Assembly (NCBI GenBank): GCA_945879015.1 | Contig: CAMCUO010000006.1 | Span: 1,269 to 65,268, forward strand | Source: Chitinophaga pinensis | GTDB lineage: Bacteria > Bacteroidota > Bacteroidia > 2-12-FULL-35-15 | Length of the DNA stretch: 64,000 bases | Direction: 5' to 3' | In this document: in pieces, positions 22,927-33,245 of the stretch | How the letters are laid out: every line of letters starts with the position of its first letter | Position numbering within the stretch: the stretch's first letter is position 1 | Translations under genes and position numbers: made by a program | The notes under the pieces: model-generated | Database searches by the model: none | What the model was told of the DNA's origin: nothing | Seen by the model: only the letters and a program-made list of their open reading frames with translations

Positions 22927-23649
22927 TATCACGGCCATCATTCTACCAGTAACACCTTTTTCTTTCCGATGAGAGAAAAAGGTGTTATTGTTTTCTACCG
23001 TACAATAATCAGAAATTTCAATATTGTTTTCCAATACTCCAAAATCAAGTAATTGTTTTTGATTTGCTTTTTTCAGATTCACAAACCATTTTTGTTTTTG
23101 TTCATCAAAACATTTTAAGGATGAATCAAAATTCAGTGCCACCTCATCGCCCACTTCAAAATTTTCGTAAGAGATACATGCTCCGATAAATGCTTTGCAA
23201 TCTTTTCCTTCCGTTCCGTAATTTTCTTTCATTAATTGCAATGCATTGGAAACAATTTTTCCCACCGTTCCTCGCCATCCCGCATGAATGGCTGCCACCG
23301 CATTGTTTTTTTCATCATGAATTAATATGGGTGTACAATCGGCAATGGAAACCGCTAAGAATACATTTGGTTTGTTGGTAATTTGTGCATCGTACTTTTC
23401 GTTCGTTACTGGCTCGTTTACAATTAATACATCATTACCATGCACTTGATGACATCGGGATACTTGCTTCAACTCAATTCCAAGTTTTCCAAAAAAGAGT
23501 TCTCTATTTTTCCATACATTTTGTTCCTTATCGTTTACCGACAAACCTAAATTCATCGAATAAAAAGGCTCAGCGCTAACGCCGCCCAAACGAGTACTTT
23601 GTGCTGCAATTACTTTATAAGAATCAAATATTTTGGGTTGAAGGATCAT
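22885..23649 (-). CDS. pgeF: peptidoglycan editing factor PgeF / YfiH (DUF152) family
   Basis: HG..V, CTP, AIHAGWRG motifs. Start placed at the internal MILQPKIF. Confidence 0.85.
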   Translation of the reverse strand: MILQPKIFDSYKVIAAQSTRLGGVSAEPFYSMNLGLSVNDKEQNVWKNRELFFGKLGIELKQVSRCHQVHGNDVLIVNEPVTNEKYDAQITNKPNVFLAVSIADCTPILIHDEKNNAVAAIHAGWRGTVGKIVSNALQLMKENYGTEGKDCKAFIGACISYENFEVGDEVALNFDSSLKCFDEQKQKWFVNLKKANQKQLLDFGVLENNIEISDYCTVENNNTFFSHRKEKGVTGRMMAVIGVRPPHQPLSLFK

Positions 23650-23689
23650 GTTGCAAAGATAAGAGAAAGAGCCCACATCTACACTCTCT

Positions 23690-23720
23690 CATCCCCCTGC
23701 CCCCTTCTAAGGGGGACTTG
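23690..23720. repeat. GC-rich hairpin, family A-like (CCCCCTGCCCCCTTCTAAGGGGGAC)
   Basis: Same CCCCCTTCTnnAAGGGGG hairpin as 18461. Confidence 0.45.
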
Positions 23721-23800
23721 CTCCGAAATAAAATATTCCTAAGTGTCCTTAGTGACTTAGTGGTGAATTTTTTTCGTTTCTTTGCAGAAATAATTATCAA

Positions 23801-25087
23801 ATGAATATTTTAATTTTAGGATCAGGTGGGCGCGAACATGCATTTGCATGGAAACTATCTCAAAGTAAAAAATTAGGAAAACTATATATTGCACCAGGGA
23901 ATGCTGGAACATCTGCTGTTGGAACTAACATTGAAATTTCTGTAACAGATTTTGAAGGAATCAAAAAATTTGTTTTGGAAAATGCCATTAATATGGTTGT
24001 TGTTGGTCCAGAAGATCCATTGGTAAAAGGTATTTACGATTACTTTCAAGCAGATGCTCAACTAAAAAACATTTCAGTAATCGGTCCACAAAAAGCTGGA
24101 GCTGAATTAGAAGGCAGTAAAGATTATTCAAAAAAATTCATGATTCGTCACGGCATTCCTACTGCACGACATGAAACATTTACAAAAGAAACTTTATCGG
24201 AAGGATTAAAATTTTTAGAGACATTAGAGCCGCCATATGTTTTGAAAGCAGATGGATTAGCTGCAGGCAAAGGCGTTGTGATTCCACTTACTTTAGAAGA
24301 TGCAAAAAAAGAATTAACCGAAATGCTTGCCAATGCAAAATTCGGTGTTGCATCTGCAAAAGTTGTCATAGAAGAATTTTTAAAAGGAATTGAGCTTTCT
24401 GTTTTTGTTTTAACAGATGGGAATTCGTACAAAATATTACCAGCAGCAAAAGATTACAAACGAATTGGTGAAGGCGATAAAGGATTGAACACAGGCGGAA
24501 TGGGCGCTATCTCTCCTGTGCCCTTTGCGGATGATGCATTCATCAAAAAAGTAGAAGAGTTAGTAATCATTCCAACTATTAATGGATTAAAAAAAGAAGG
24601 AATTGTTTACAAAGGATTTATTTTTATTGGTTTAATGAATGATAATGGAAATCCGAAAGTGATTGAGTACAATGTGAGAATGGGCGATCCGGAAACAGAA
24701 TCAGTAATCCCAAGAATAAAATCTGATTTATTGGATTTATTTGAAGGCGTTGCAAATGGAAATTTAAATGAAAAAACATTTGAAGTAGATGAACGATTTG
24801 CCACAACCGTTATGATGGTTGCAGGCGGTTATCCAGAAGAATATGATAAAGGAGATGTAATGACAGGATTTGAATTGGTTGAAGGAAGTATGGCGTTTCA
24901 TGCAGGGACAAAACAAAATGGGAACAATGTTGTTACAAACGGAGGACGAGTAATTGCAATTACTTCTTTCGGAAATACAATGGAAGAAGCACTAAAAAAA
25001 TCTTTCACTAATGCAGAGCGTATTCAATACAAAGGGAAATATTATAGGAAAGATATTGGAAAAGATTTAGAAGTGTATTATAAGTAA
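23801..25087 (+). CDS. purD: phosphoribosylamine--glycine ligase
   Basis: ATP-grasp. 428 aa. Typical PurD N-terminus MNILILGSGGREHA. Confidence 0.95.
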   Translation: MNILILGSGGREHAFAWKLSQSKKLGKLYIAPGNAGTSAVGTNIEISVTDFEGIKKFVLENAINMVVVGPEDPLVKGIYDYFQADAQLKNISVIGPQKAGAELEGSKDYSKKFMIRHGIPTARHETFTKETLSEGLKFLETLEPPYVLKADGLAAGKGVVIPLTLEDAKKELTEMLANAKFGVASAKVVIEEFLKGIELSVFVLTDGNSYKILPAAKDYKRIGEGDKGLNTGGMGAISPVPFADDAFIKKVEELVIIPTINGLKKEGIVYKGFIFIGLMNDNGNPKVIEYNVRMGDPETESVIPRIKSDLLDLFEGVANGNLNEKTFEVDERFATTVMMVAGGYPEEYDKGDVMTGFELVEGSMAFHAGTKQNGNNVVTNGGRVIAITSFGNTMEEALKKSFTNAERIQYKGKYYRKDIGKDLEVYYK

Positions 25088-25098
25088 TTTTTCAAACA

Positions 25099-25132
25099 AA
25101 AAACCTAGACATTTATCGTCTGGGTTTTTTAT
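25099..25132 (+). terminator. rho-independent terminator after purD
   Basis: AACCTAGAC-loop-GTCTGGG stem followed by TTTTTT. Confidence 0.6.
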
Positions 25133-25145
25133 ATTATTTTTTTTC

Positions 25146-25361
25146 TTACTTAGTCGTGTGGCAATCATTACATTTCTTTTTTTCATCAACTGCATTTAAA
25201 AAATCATCTAAATCTGCTTGGTTGTAATGAGTAAATTTATAATAATCTGCTTCATCTGTTTGAACGATTGGAGGCGCTGTATTGGTCATATCCGCTTTTT
25301 TACAACCAACATAGGTTATTAAAAAACAAACAAAAACACTTATCGCAATTTTATTCTTCAT
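25146..25361 (-). CDS. small hypothetical lipoprotein (C-terminal CxxC)
   Basis: Signal peptide plus Cys (VGCKK), 71 aa. Confidence 0.45.
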   Translation of the reverse strand: MKNKIAISVFVCFLITYVGCKKADMTNTAPPIVQTDEADYYKFTHYNQADLDDFLNAVDEKKKCNDCHTTK

Positions 25362-25502
25362 TTTTCTTTTTCTTAAATAAAGGGGATGCTTTTGTTATTT
25401 TAAACGGTAATTTCTAAAACAATGTTGCACAAACACACTATATCTAGCACTAATTTATACCATTCTTGTCTCTTTTCCTCTAAATAACAGTGTTTAAACA
25501 AA

Positions 25503-25544
25503 AAAACATCCCCAATCCGATGTTTCGGGTTGGGGATGTTTTCA
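25503..25544. terminator. bidirectional GC hairpin terminator
   Basis: AACATCCCCAA...TTGGGGATGTT flanked by A/T runs. Confidence 0.55.
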
Positions 25545-25557
25545 ATAAATTTATTTC

Positions 25558-25797
25558 TTACTTAATAGTACCTTTTTCTTTTGCTTCCTTATTAAAGTTT
25601 GCTTGCATACGCAACCAAAGCCCTATTAAGCCTGCAATAATAATCCAAAACATTAAGTTTGGTCCGTTTCCTAAACCTTCCATGAACGAAAATGTCCATT
25701 GAAAAAATTTACCAGTTCCGTTAAAAATGTCTGTCCAAGTCATAATCGTGTTTATTGTTTTATTGTCCTCAAATGTACAAATTTTATTCAAAATCAA
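25558..25797 (-). CDS. small hypothetical membrane protein
   Basis: 79 aa, one TM helix (MFWIIIAGLIGLWL). Confidence 0.45.
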   Translation of the reverse strand: MILNKICTFEDNKTINTIMTWTDIFNGTGKFFQWTFSFMEGLGNGPNLMFWIIIAGLIGLWLRMQANFNKEAKEKGTIK

Positions 25798-25840
25798 TAA
25801 TTTTTTAAGCTAATTTTAGCAACCGATAGCAACTGAAAAC

Positions 25841-26815
25841 ATGTTTATACGATTTTTCAAATCCAACAATGCTTCTGCATTGCTCTTTTTACCTGTAATT
25901 GCTATTGTAATATGGGTGTATGGCTTTATTCATCCAATTATTCTACCTGTAAAACACTCAATGCCATTGTATGAATTGTTGGCAGGAATTTTTGTAAATA
26001 TTCCCTGGTTATCAACATTGATAGGACTTCTGCTTGTTATAGGCGAAGCTTTTTTGCTCAATTTTATTGTAAACGAGAACGAAGTTTTAGAGAAACAGAA
26101 CTATCTCCCAGCACTTTTTTATATCGTTTTTATGAGTAACAACAACGCAATGCTAACCTTGCATCCATTGTTGTTTGGGAATTTATTTATTTTGCTTGCA
26201 TTTCATAAACTTTTGAGCTCCTACCGAAAAGACAACGCTTTTTCTCAGGCTTTTGATGCGGGACTTCTCATTTCTATTTCTACTCTTTTTTACTTTCCTT
26301 TTGTTGTTTTCCTACCATTACTTGGTTTAGCCTTGATTATTATTCGGCCTTTTAACTGGAGAGAATGGATTATTTCCTTTTTCGGAGCAGTAATTCCTTA
26401 CCTCTTTGTTATTACGTTTTACTTTTGGAACGATCGTTTGGATTATCTTTTTTACGACAAAATGTTTTATCAATTTATAAGAGAAAAGCCTATTGTTGAT
26501 TTTCCAATGACATTCTATTTTATGCTAGGAATAGGATGGATGGTGATTTTGTTTTCGATTTTTAAAATTATTTTGGGCGTGGGAATTGGCTCTCAGCGTA
26601 CAAAGAAATCGATTGTCATATTGGTTTGGACTTTGTTTTTTTCAGCGCTTTCAATTCTACTTGCTCCAGAAATCTCAACTAAGTATTTCTCAGCATTGGC
26701 AATCCCTTCAGCGGTATTTTGCGCTAACTACTTTTCTCATATTAAAAAAGGATGGTGGGCTGAGTTTTTATTCATTTTGCTTCTTTCCTCGCTATTTGTT
26801 AATTTGTTTGCCTAG
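25841..26815 (+). CDS. hypothetical polytopic membrane protein
   Basis: 324 aa with about 8 predicted TM helices. No recognised motif. Confidence 0.55.
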   Translation: MFIRFFKSNNASALLFLPVIAIVIWVYGFIHPIILPVKHSMPLYELLAGIFVNIPWLSTLIGLLLVIGEAFLLNFIVNENEVLEKQNYLPALFYIVFMSNNNAMLTLHPLLFGNLFILLAFHKLLSSYRKDNAFSQAFDAGLLISISTLFYFPFVVFLPLLGLALIIIRPFNWREWIISFFGAVIPYLFVITFYFWNDRLDYLFYDKMFYQFIREKPIVDFPMTFYFMLGIGWMVILFSIFKIILGVGIGSQRTKKSIVILVWTLFFSALSILLAPEISTKYFSALAIPSAVFCANYFSHIKKGWWAEFLFILLLSSLFVNLFA

Positions 26816-26919
26816 ATTTTTTTAACAATCTATCAAGAAGGAATATTTGCCCTTGTTTTATTTTTAACTTTACACCTCTTCCGATAACATATCGGGATTA
26901 ATCGCTAAAAAAATATAGT

Positions 26920-27615
26920 ATGAGCAAATTTGGAGTTGTTATTTTCCCAGGGTCGAACTGCGATCAGGACATGATATATGTTTTAAGAGACATAATGGGG
27001 CAAGAGGTTGTTGAGCTGTGGCATAAAGATACAGACTTGAAAGGATGCGATTTTATAGTGCTTCCAGGAGGTTTTTCTTATGGCGATTATTTGCGCTCTG
27101 GTGCAATTGCTCGTTTTTCACCTATCATGGAAAAAGTAATTGAGTTTGCAAACAAAGGAGGATATGTGCTTGGAGTGTGTAACGGATTTCAAATATTATG
27201 TGAAGCTGGATTAGTCCCAGGAGCCTTGCTACACAATAACGAACGCAAGTTTATCTGTAAAAATGTATTTATCAAAGCTGAAAACAATTCAACATTGATT
27301 ACCTCTGAAGTTCCTGCTGGCAAAGCACTTAAAATTCCTATCGCTCATGGCGAAGGAAAATATTATGCTGATGCAGAAACCATGAAAGAACTAAATGCAA
27401 ACGGACAAATTATTTTCCGCTATTGCGATGAAAATGGAAATGTTACAGATGCTGCCAACCCAAATGGCGCATTAGAAAACATTGCAGGTGTTTGTAATGC
27501 CGGTAAAAATGTATTTGGAATGATGCCTCACCCCGAAAGAGCAACGGATGGAGAATTAAGCAATATTGATGCTCGCTGGATCTTCGATTCTTTGCTTAGT
27601 ATGGTTAAAAACTAA
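26920..27615 (+). CDS. purQ: phosphoribosylformylglycinamidine synthase subunit PurQ (glutaminase)
   Basis: MSKFGVVIFPGSNCD...GVCNGFQIL...HPE triad. Confidence 0.93.
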   Translation: MSKFGVVIFPGSNCDQDMIYVLRDIMGQEVVELWHKDTDLKGCDFIVLPGGFSYGDYLRSGAIARFSPIMEKVIEFANKGGYVLGVCNGFQILCEAGLVPGALLHNNERKFICKNVFIKAENNSTLITSEVPAGKALKIPIAHGEGKYYADAETMKELNANGQIIFRYCDENGNVTDAANPNGALENIAGVCNAGKNVFGMMPHPERATDGELSNIDARWIFDSLLSMVKN

Positions 27616-27861
27616 TATTTCACTTATTTATTTTAGTCGATTTTACGCATTTTTTAGTGGATTTTGATGCTTTTTAATCAAATTTGATTGATATTTGGCT
27701 ATTTTTTGATGATTTTCCCTCTTTTTACGTTTTGAACAATTTAATGAACAATTTGTGTTCTCCCTGTTCATATTTTAACCTTCTTTTTACCTTTTTAAAG
27801 ACTTAACTTTATACTGGTTATTAAAGCACTTATTAATTAAACGATTTAAAATTTTTCTGCC

Positions 27862-28227
27862 ATGAGTTTTTTGAACGAAGCTACTCCAAACGTAACAGTG
27901 AAGAAAAAAAACATTTCTACATTAATTGAATATTGCATTGAAAACAAGATTGACATTACTATTAAGTCAAAATCAAACGATGATTTTGATATTGAGTTCA
28001 TCATTACAAATACTTCAAAAGCAATTGCTTTAGGTATGTGTTTAAAAGAACTTAAACTAGAGTTAAACGGACTAAGCATTACATCCATTGCTAGTATCAA
28101 AGCGAACAAAAAGGTGTTATCTGCTAAAGAAACTGGATTAACTATCGGGAATGGTATTGTTGCTGAAGGCGAAACAGAAATGGCCTTTGAAGATGCATTA
28201 AAATTCGATTTGGGTTCTTCGAACTAG
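27862..28227 (+). CDS. hypothetical protein (121 aa)
   Basis: ORF preceded by a roughly 250 bp AT-rich leader and followed by a strong terminator. No family recognised. Confidence 0.45.
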   Translation: MSFLNEATPNVTVKKKNISTLIEYCIENKIDITIKSKSNDDFDIEFIITNTSKAIALGMCLKELKLELNGLSITSIASIKANKKVLSAKETGLTIGNGIVAEGETEMAFEDALKFDLGSSN

Positions 28228-28251
28228 GAGCTGTAATTAAAATTTTTAAAT

Positions 28252-28288
28252 GGAAATGTCCCTTCGGAAACGGAGGGACATTTTTGTT
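28252..28288 (+). terminator. rho-independent terminator
   Basis: AAATGTCCCT-TCGGAAACGG-AGGGACATTT followed by TTG. Confidence 0.65.
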
Positions 28289-28294
28289 TCACAA

Positions 28295-28873
28295 CTATTT
28301 CTCGTAAAAATGCATCTCTCTCATGTATTCCCAAACATCTGCAGGAACAAAGTAACGAACATCTTTTTTTTCTTTCACAGCATTTCTAATGGCTGTTGAG
28401 GAAAGCTCCATTAATGGAGCGTTTATCATTTTTACGTTTTCATTTTTTTGCAATTCGTTTTCTTTGGAATTCGGACGGGGATATACATACAAGTTGTAGT
28501 TTTTTAAAATCTCCTCATAGTTCTTCCATTTATGAAACCCTTCCAGGTTATCGCTTCCCATGATCAATGCGAAATCGTAGTTGGGATGTTTCTCTTTTAA
28601 ATAAGCAAGCGTATTTACTGTAAAAGAAGGCTGAGGCAATTTAAATTCTATATTACTTGCCTTCATTTTATTGTTGTCGCCAATAGCAAGAGTTACCATT
28701 TCTAAACGTTGACGTTCATGGAGCAACGAGTTTTTTTCTTTCAAAGGATTGTGTGGTGAAACAACAAACCAAATGCGATCTAAATCGGAATAAGCGAGCA
28801 TATGATTGGCTATAACCATATGTCCAACATGGATAGGATTAAACGAACCGAAGAATAAACCGACTTTCATCAA
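28295..28873 (-). CDS. nadD: nicotinate-nucleotide adenylyltransferase
   Basis: GLFFGSFNPIHVGH (HxGH) motif. Confidence 0.92.
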   Translation of the reverse strand: MMKVGLFFGSFNPIHVGHMVIANHMLAYSDLDRIWFVVSPHNPLKEKNSLLHERQRLEMVTLAIGDNNKMKASNIEFKLPQPSFTVNTLAYLKEKHPNYDFALIMGSDNLEGFHKWKNYEEILKNYNLYVYPRPNSKENELQKNENVKMINAPLMELSSTAIRNAVKEKKDVRYFVPADVWEYMREMHFYEK

Positions 28874-29000
28874 ACACCAACGAATTACTAATTGTTACGA
28901 ACCCGCTTGCGGATCACGAGTTCTTTAATTTCTTTTTAATTATACGAGCTAAATATACGAATTACTAATCTTTGTGAGAACAATAGTTAATAGCTATACG

Positions 29001-29043
29001 AAATCAATTCCCCTCTCGAGAGGGGCTAGGGGTGTGTTTTTCT
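29001..29043. repeat. GC-rich palindromic dispersed repeat, family A copy (AAATCAATTCCCCTCTCGAGAGGGGCTAGGGGTGTGTTTT)
   Basis: Near-identical, in inverse orientation, to 47226-47277. Confidence 0.6.
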
Positions 29044-29063
29044 ATTGTAAGACAAACTTCTCA

Positions 29064-29528
29064 TCATTTCAACCACATAAAAATATTGGGGTTGTTTTCA
29101 TATTTTTCAATGTCTTTACTGAAAGTTATTACAAAAAAATCAATCAGGGGTAGAACACCAAAACAACCTCCAAATGTTGCTACGTATACAACAGGCACCC
29201 AAGGTTTAGTTCCTAGCATCACCCTGTGTGCCCCCATGAATCCCAATGGAAATGGGAAAGCAAAAAAGGCAGAAATAATTTTCTTTTTATTTTTTTCTTT
29301 TTTCGAATCTGCCTTTTTGTAAATTGAATCAGCAAAGCCGCTGTCTAGAATCAAAAAAAGCGTATCTCCAATTTCTATTGAAATCGTTTCAGAAAAATCG
29401 CTGCGATCAATATTTTCAATGGCCTCAGCCGATGCGAAAAGGCTAAAAGCAAATAAAAAAGTAAAAATAAAAAGTAATTTCTTTGTATTCAATCTTAATG
29501 AGAATAAAAAAGGGGATGCTTTAATCAT
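29064..29528 (-). CDS. TM2 domain-containing membrane protein
   Basis: C-terminal GAHRVMLG....GG.GV..LIDFF pattern of the TM2 domain. Confidence 0.6.
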   Translation of the reverse strand: MIKASPFLFSLRLNTKKLLFIFTFLFAFSLFASAEAIENIDRSDFSETISIEIGDTLFLILDSGFADSIYKKADSKKEKNKKKIISAFFAFPFPLGFMGAHRVMLGTKPWVPVVYVATFGGCFGVLPLIDFFVITFSKDIEKYENNPNIFMWLK

Positions 29529-29550
29529 CCCCTTTAAAATTTATTTGCAA

Positions 29551-30156
29551 TTATTTTGCAGCAGAAAAACGTTTAGCCACTTCTGCCCAGTTTACCACAT
29601 TCCAAAATGCAGCGATATAGTCAGGGCGTTTGTTTTGATATTTCAAATAGTATGCGTGTTCCCAAACATCCATTCCTAAAATTGGAGCTCCTTTCACCTC
29701 AGCAACATCCATTAGCGGATTGTCCTGATTAGGAGTAGAAGAAACAGCTAATTTACCATCTTTAACAATCAACCAAGCCCAACCAGAACCAAATCTTGTT
29801 GTTCCAGCGGCTGCAAATTGTGTTTTAAAGTCTGCAAATGTGCCAAAGGCGCTAGTAATTGCTGCAGCCAAATCCCCCGTTGGTTCTCCGCCGGCATTTG
29901 GTGCCATTACCGACCAAAAAAGAGAATGGTTAAAATGTCCACCACCATTATTACGAACAGGCATAGGGTATTTAGAAATGTTTTTGCAAATTTCTTCAAT
30001 GCTCAACTTTTCCGTCTCCGACCCAGCTATTGCTGCATTTAGGTTAGTTACATAAGCTTGATGATGTTTTGAATGATGAATTTCCATCGTTTGAGCATCT
30101 ATATGAGGCTCTAATGCATTATAAGCATACGGTAATTTAGGTAATTCGAAAGCCAT
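29551..30156 (-). CDS. sodB: superoxide dismutase [Fe/Mn]
   Basis: HHSKHH and DVWEHAYY motifs. Confidence 0.95.
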   Translation of the reverse strand: MAFELPKLPYAYNALEPHIDAQTMEIHHSKHHQAYVTNLNAAIAGSETEKLSIEEICKNISKYPMPVRNNGGGHFNHSLFWSVMAPNAGGEPTGDLAAAITSAFGTFADFKTQFAAAGTTRFGSGWAWLIVKDGKLAVSSTPNQDNPLMDVAEVKGAPILGMDVWEHAYYLKYQNKRPDYIAAFWNVVNWAEVAKRFSAAK

Positions 30157-30226
30157 ATTTATGTTTTTAGGGTTAGTTTTTTGATTATTGAGTTGTAAAG
30201 ATATAGCTTTTTGATAAAAAATTGCT

Positions 30227-30260
30227 CAAGAATCGTTGTACACTGGTAAAGAATCGTTGT
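30227..30260. promoter_or_regulatory. direct repeat AAGAATCGTTGT x2 (21 bp phasing) upstream of sodB
   Basis: Two exact 12-mers at 30228-30239 and 30249-30260, about 70-105 bp upstream of the sodB start. Confidence 0.4.
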
Positions 30261-30483
30261 GTTTGCATGTTTTATGCTAATTTCTACTTATTTTATCAAA
30301 ACAATGTAGCTAAACTCACTTACAGCGCAATATAATTGGGGTATTGGTGAATGTGCTTTCGGTATTAACAATGCATTGTTTAAATAATTATGCTTTAGAT
30401 GACTATTACATTTTGCTGATATTGATTTTTAGCTACCTTTGCGCCCAGATACTAGTATTAATCAAAAAACAAAACAAACCAAA

Positions 30484-30687
30484 ATGAAAAAATTATTTTC
30501 TTTATTGTTCGTAGCGGGTGCATTAAGCATCATGTCTTGTGGACCGTCTGCTGAAGAAGCTGCAAAAATGAAAGCTGAAGCAAAAGCAAAAATGGACTCT
30601 TTGTTCAATGCTGCTAGTGCTGCAGTTACTGATGTAGCTCCTGATTCAACAGCTACTGCTCCTGATACTGCAGCTGCTGCACACTAA
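30484..30687 (+). CDS. small Ala-rich lipoprotein
   Basis: MKKLFSLLFVAGALSIMSCG lipobox. Start placed at the internal Met. Confidence 0.5.
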   Translation: MKKLFSLLFVAGALSIMSCGPSAEEAAKMKAEAKAKMDSLFNAASAAVTDVAPDSTATAPDTAAAAH

Positions 30688-30700
30688 TCAGTTATTACAT

Positions 30701-30740
30701 AAAAAAACCGCTCAAACGAATTCGTTTGAGCGGTTTTTTT
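30701..30740 (+). terminator. rho-independent terminator
   Basis: AACCGCTCAAACGAATTCGTTTGAGCGGTT followed by TTTTT. Confidence 0.7.
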
Positions 30741-30744
30741 GTTT

Positions 30745-30790
30745 TCAGTTTCGTATTCACAACTGTCATCCCTTGCCACGACAAGGGATC
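30745..30790. repeat. partial family B repeat (GTCATCCCTTGCCACGACAAGGGAT)
   Basis: The 19-mer GTCATCCCTTGCCACGACA is shared with the reverse complement of 57188-57215. Confidence 0.45.
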
Positions 30791-30826
30791 TAATTGTTTC
30801 GGAGACAAAACAGAATCATAAATTAT

Positions 30827-32443
30827 TTATTTCATTAGTTCAATCGCCTTTTTTAAAACATTGTCTTGTGTTTGAATAACTTGATAATATCCTTCACCAT
30901 TAAAAATGTTTCTCGCAATCAGTGCTTTTAATTGGTTTTTAATAATCACTTCCGACTTTGCTATTTCTTTTGTATTTCTTTTAATCTTATTTTTTTCAGC
31001 ATACACAATTAGCTCATTTACTATTTCTGGACTGATTGAAAAAGATTTATTAAAATTTTCAACCGACTTATATCCTTTTAATTTGTTTCGTTCTTTATCA
31101 GAATACTCAAACGCAAAATCATTTAGCACACCTGAAAAAAGAATTTCACTTAAATAAAGTGAACGTCCTACTGTATCTAATCCAACAAAAATATCTGGAA
31201 CTATTCCACCTCCACCATAAACTATTTTTCCTGCAGGTGTTTTAAATTTAATTGAACCATTTACTTTTATGCTATCTGCACTTTCTAGTTCTCCATTTGC
31301 ATAGCGATTGTTTTCTTCTTCGTAATAAGCTTCCAAACCATCTTCATAAGGTTTTTGAATGCATCTTCCTGTTGGAGTATAATAACGAGCAATGGTTAAT
31401 CTTATCGCTGAGCTATCTGAAAATTCACTTTGTTCTTGAACCAATCCTTTTCCGAACGAGCGTCTACCAATAATTGTTGCTCTATCATTATCTTGCAAAG
31501 CACCTGCTAAAATTTCACTTGCCGATGCAGATCCATCATCAATTAAAATAATTAATTTCCCATTTTCAAATTCTCCTTTTTGACTTGCTTTATAATCTTT
31601 TCGTGGACGCGATTTTCCTATTGTATAAACAATTCCTTTCCCTGAACTTAAAAACTCATCTGCAATATCCACTGCTGTGTTTAAGAATCCACCGCCATTT
31701 CCACGCACATCAACAATCAATTGTTGCATTCCCCGTGTTTGCAGTTTTTCAAATGCTTGCATGTATTCATCATAAGTAGTTGCACCGAATCGACTGATTT
31801 TAATATAACCTGTTTTTGAATTTACCATGTAAGAAACATCAATACTATAAATTGGAATTGTTCCCCGAGTAATTGAAAAATCAAGCAATCCGCGTTTACC
31901 TCTTCTCATCATACTCACTTTAACTTTTGTTCCTCCTTTGCCTTTTAAATTTTCCATCACTTGTTTATTTGTGATTTTTATTCCGGCAACTACTTTCCCA
32001 TCCACCTTAATAATTTTGTCGCCAGCCTGCACCCCAACTGCTTCGGATGGACCGCCAGCTATAGCAGAAATAACTCTTATGGTATCATCTACAATATTAA
32101 ATTCAACACCAATTCCTTCAAAATTTCCTTGTAAGGGTTCGTTGCTTGCTGTTAATTCTTCGGCAGTAATATAGCTGGAATGGGGATCAAGATTGGCAAG
32201 CAATGAAATGATTGTTTTGTCTACCAACTCTTTTGTTTGTATAGTATCCACATATTCACCATGAACATATTTTAAAATCTGATCTATTTTGCTGTATTCA
32301 TCATCGCTATTAATAGAAATAGAGCCATTCGAATTTTTTAGTCCGAAAGTACTTCCGATAAAGATTCCTAGAATAAGAACCAGTGCAAAAACAATTGGAA
32401 GATAGATATAGAATTTAGGACGATTCATTTTTTCAGTAGACAC
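30827..32443 (-). CDS. ctp: S41 family C-terminal processing peptidase
   Basis: PDZ plus S41 catalytic region (GRRSFGKGLVQE). Confidence 0.9.
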   Translation of the reverse strand: MSTEKMNRPKFYIYLPIVFALVLILGIFIGSTFGLKNSNGSISINSDDEYSKIDQILKYVHGEYVDTIQTKELVDKTIISLLANLDPHSSYITAEELTASNEPLQGNFEGIGVEFNIVDDTIRVISAIAGGPSEAVGVQAGDKIIKVDGKVVAGIKITNKQVMENLKGKGGTKVKVSMMRRGKRGLLDFSITRGTIPIYSIDVSYMVNSKTGYIKISRFGATTYDEYMQAFEKLQTRGMQQLIVDVRGNGGGFLNTAVDIADEFLSSGKGIVYTIGKSRPRKDYKASQKGEFENGKLIILIDDGSASASEILAGALQDNDRATIIGRRSFGKGLVQEQSEFSDSSAIRLTIARYYTPTGRCIQKPYEDGLEAYYEEENNRYANGELESADSIKVNGSIKFKTPAGKIVYGGGGIVPDIFVGLDTVGRSLYLSEILFSGVLNDFAFEYSDKERNKLKGYKSVENFNKSFSISPEIVNELIVYAEKNKIKRNTKEIAKSEVIIKNQLKALIARNIFNGEGYYQVIQTQDNVLKKAIELMK

Positions 32444-32639
32444 GTTTAGGCAGTAAACATTCGTTCAGTAGACAATAATGCAATAGACAGTATACAAGTT
32501 TTGCTATTAGTAAACAGTAAGATTTCGTTCTTACATAAAAATTATACAATGAAAAATTATAATCCCCAAATTTATTCCTCCACATTTGTCTACTTATTTT
32601 TTTGTCTATTGTCTACTTTTTATTTTCTTGTGGCTAGGC

Positions 32640-32672
32640 TTTGCTCGCCATTGCGAGTGCAACCTCGCGATC
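32640..32672. repeat. GC-rich hairpin repeat, family C copy
   Basis: CTCGCCATTGCGAGTGCAACCTCGCGATC compared with 7080-7108. Confidence 0.45.
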
Positions 32673-32681
32673 TATTGCCGA

Positions 32682-33137
32682 CTATTTTTTATATCTCACC
32701 ACTTCCACTCCAAACTTTTGAAGAAAATCAACTCCTTCATCATTTTTTAGACCTTTGAAATCGGCATATGAATTTAGATAATATACTTTTTTTATTCCCA
32801 TAGTATAAATAACTCGAGCACATGAAATGCAGGGAGAAAGTGTAACATACAAAGTTGAACCTTCCATTACAACATTATTTTTTGACGCATAGAGAATAGC
32901 ATTTTGTTCTGCATGTAATGCTAAGGAACAGCTTCCTTTGCTATCACGAGGGCAACCATCTTTTGGCCACTCCAAATCACAGTTATGTGTTCCTGCTGGT
33001 GGGCCATTATATCCCAAAGAAACGATACGTGTGTCCTTTGTGAGTACAGCGCCAACTTGTGCTTTCACACAATGGGAACGTTTGGCTAGACTTTCTGCCA
33101 AATCCATATAAATTTCATCAAAACTCGGTTTGCTCAT
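32682..33137 (-). CDS. dCMP deaminase
   Basis: HAEQNA...PCISCA zinc-binding CMP/dCMP deaminase motifs. Confidence 0.9.
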   Translation of the reverse strand: MSKPSFDEIYMDLAESLAKRSHCVKAQVGAVLTKDTRIVSLGYNGPPAGTHNCDLEWPKDGCPRDSKGSCSLALHAEQNAILYASKNNVVMEGSTLYVTLSPCISCARVIYTMGIKKVYYLNSYADFKGLKNDEGVDFLQKFGVEVVRYKK

Positions 33138-33245
33138 ATACTTTTTTCAGGAAGCAAAGGTAAATAAAAATTACCCTTTTGTAGGATTTTTAACCTTTAT
33201 TAATACTCGTATATTTTTCTATATTTACTACAAACTAATATTAAA

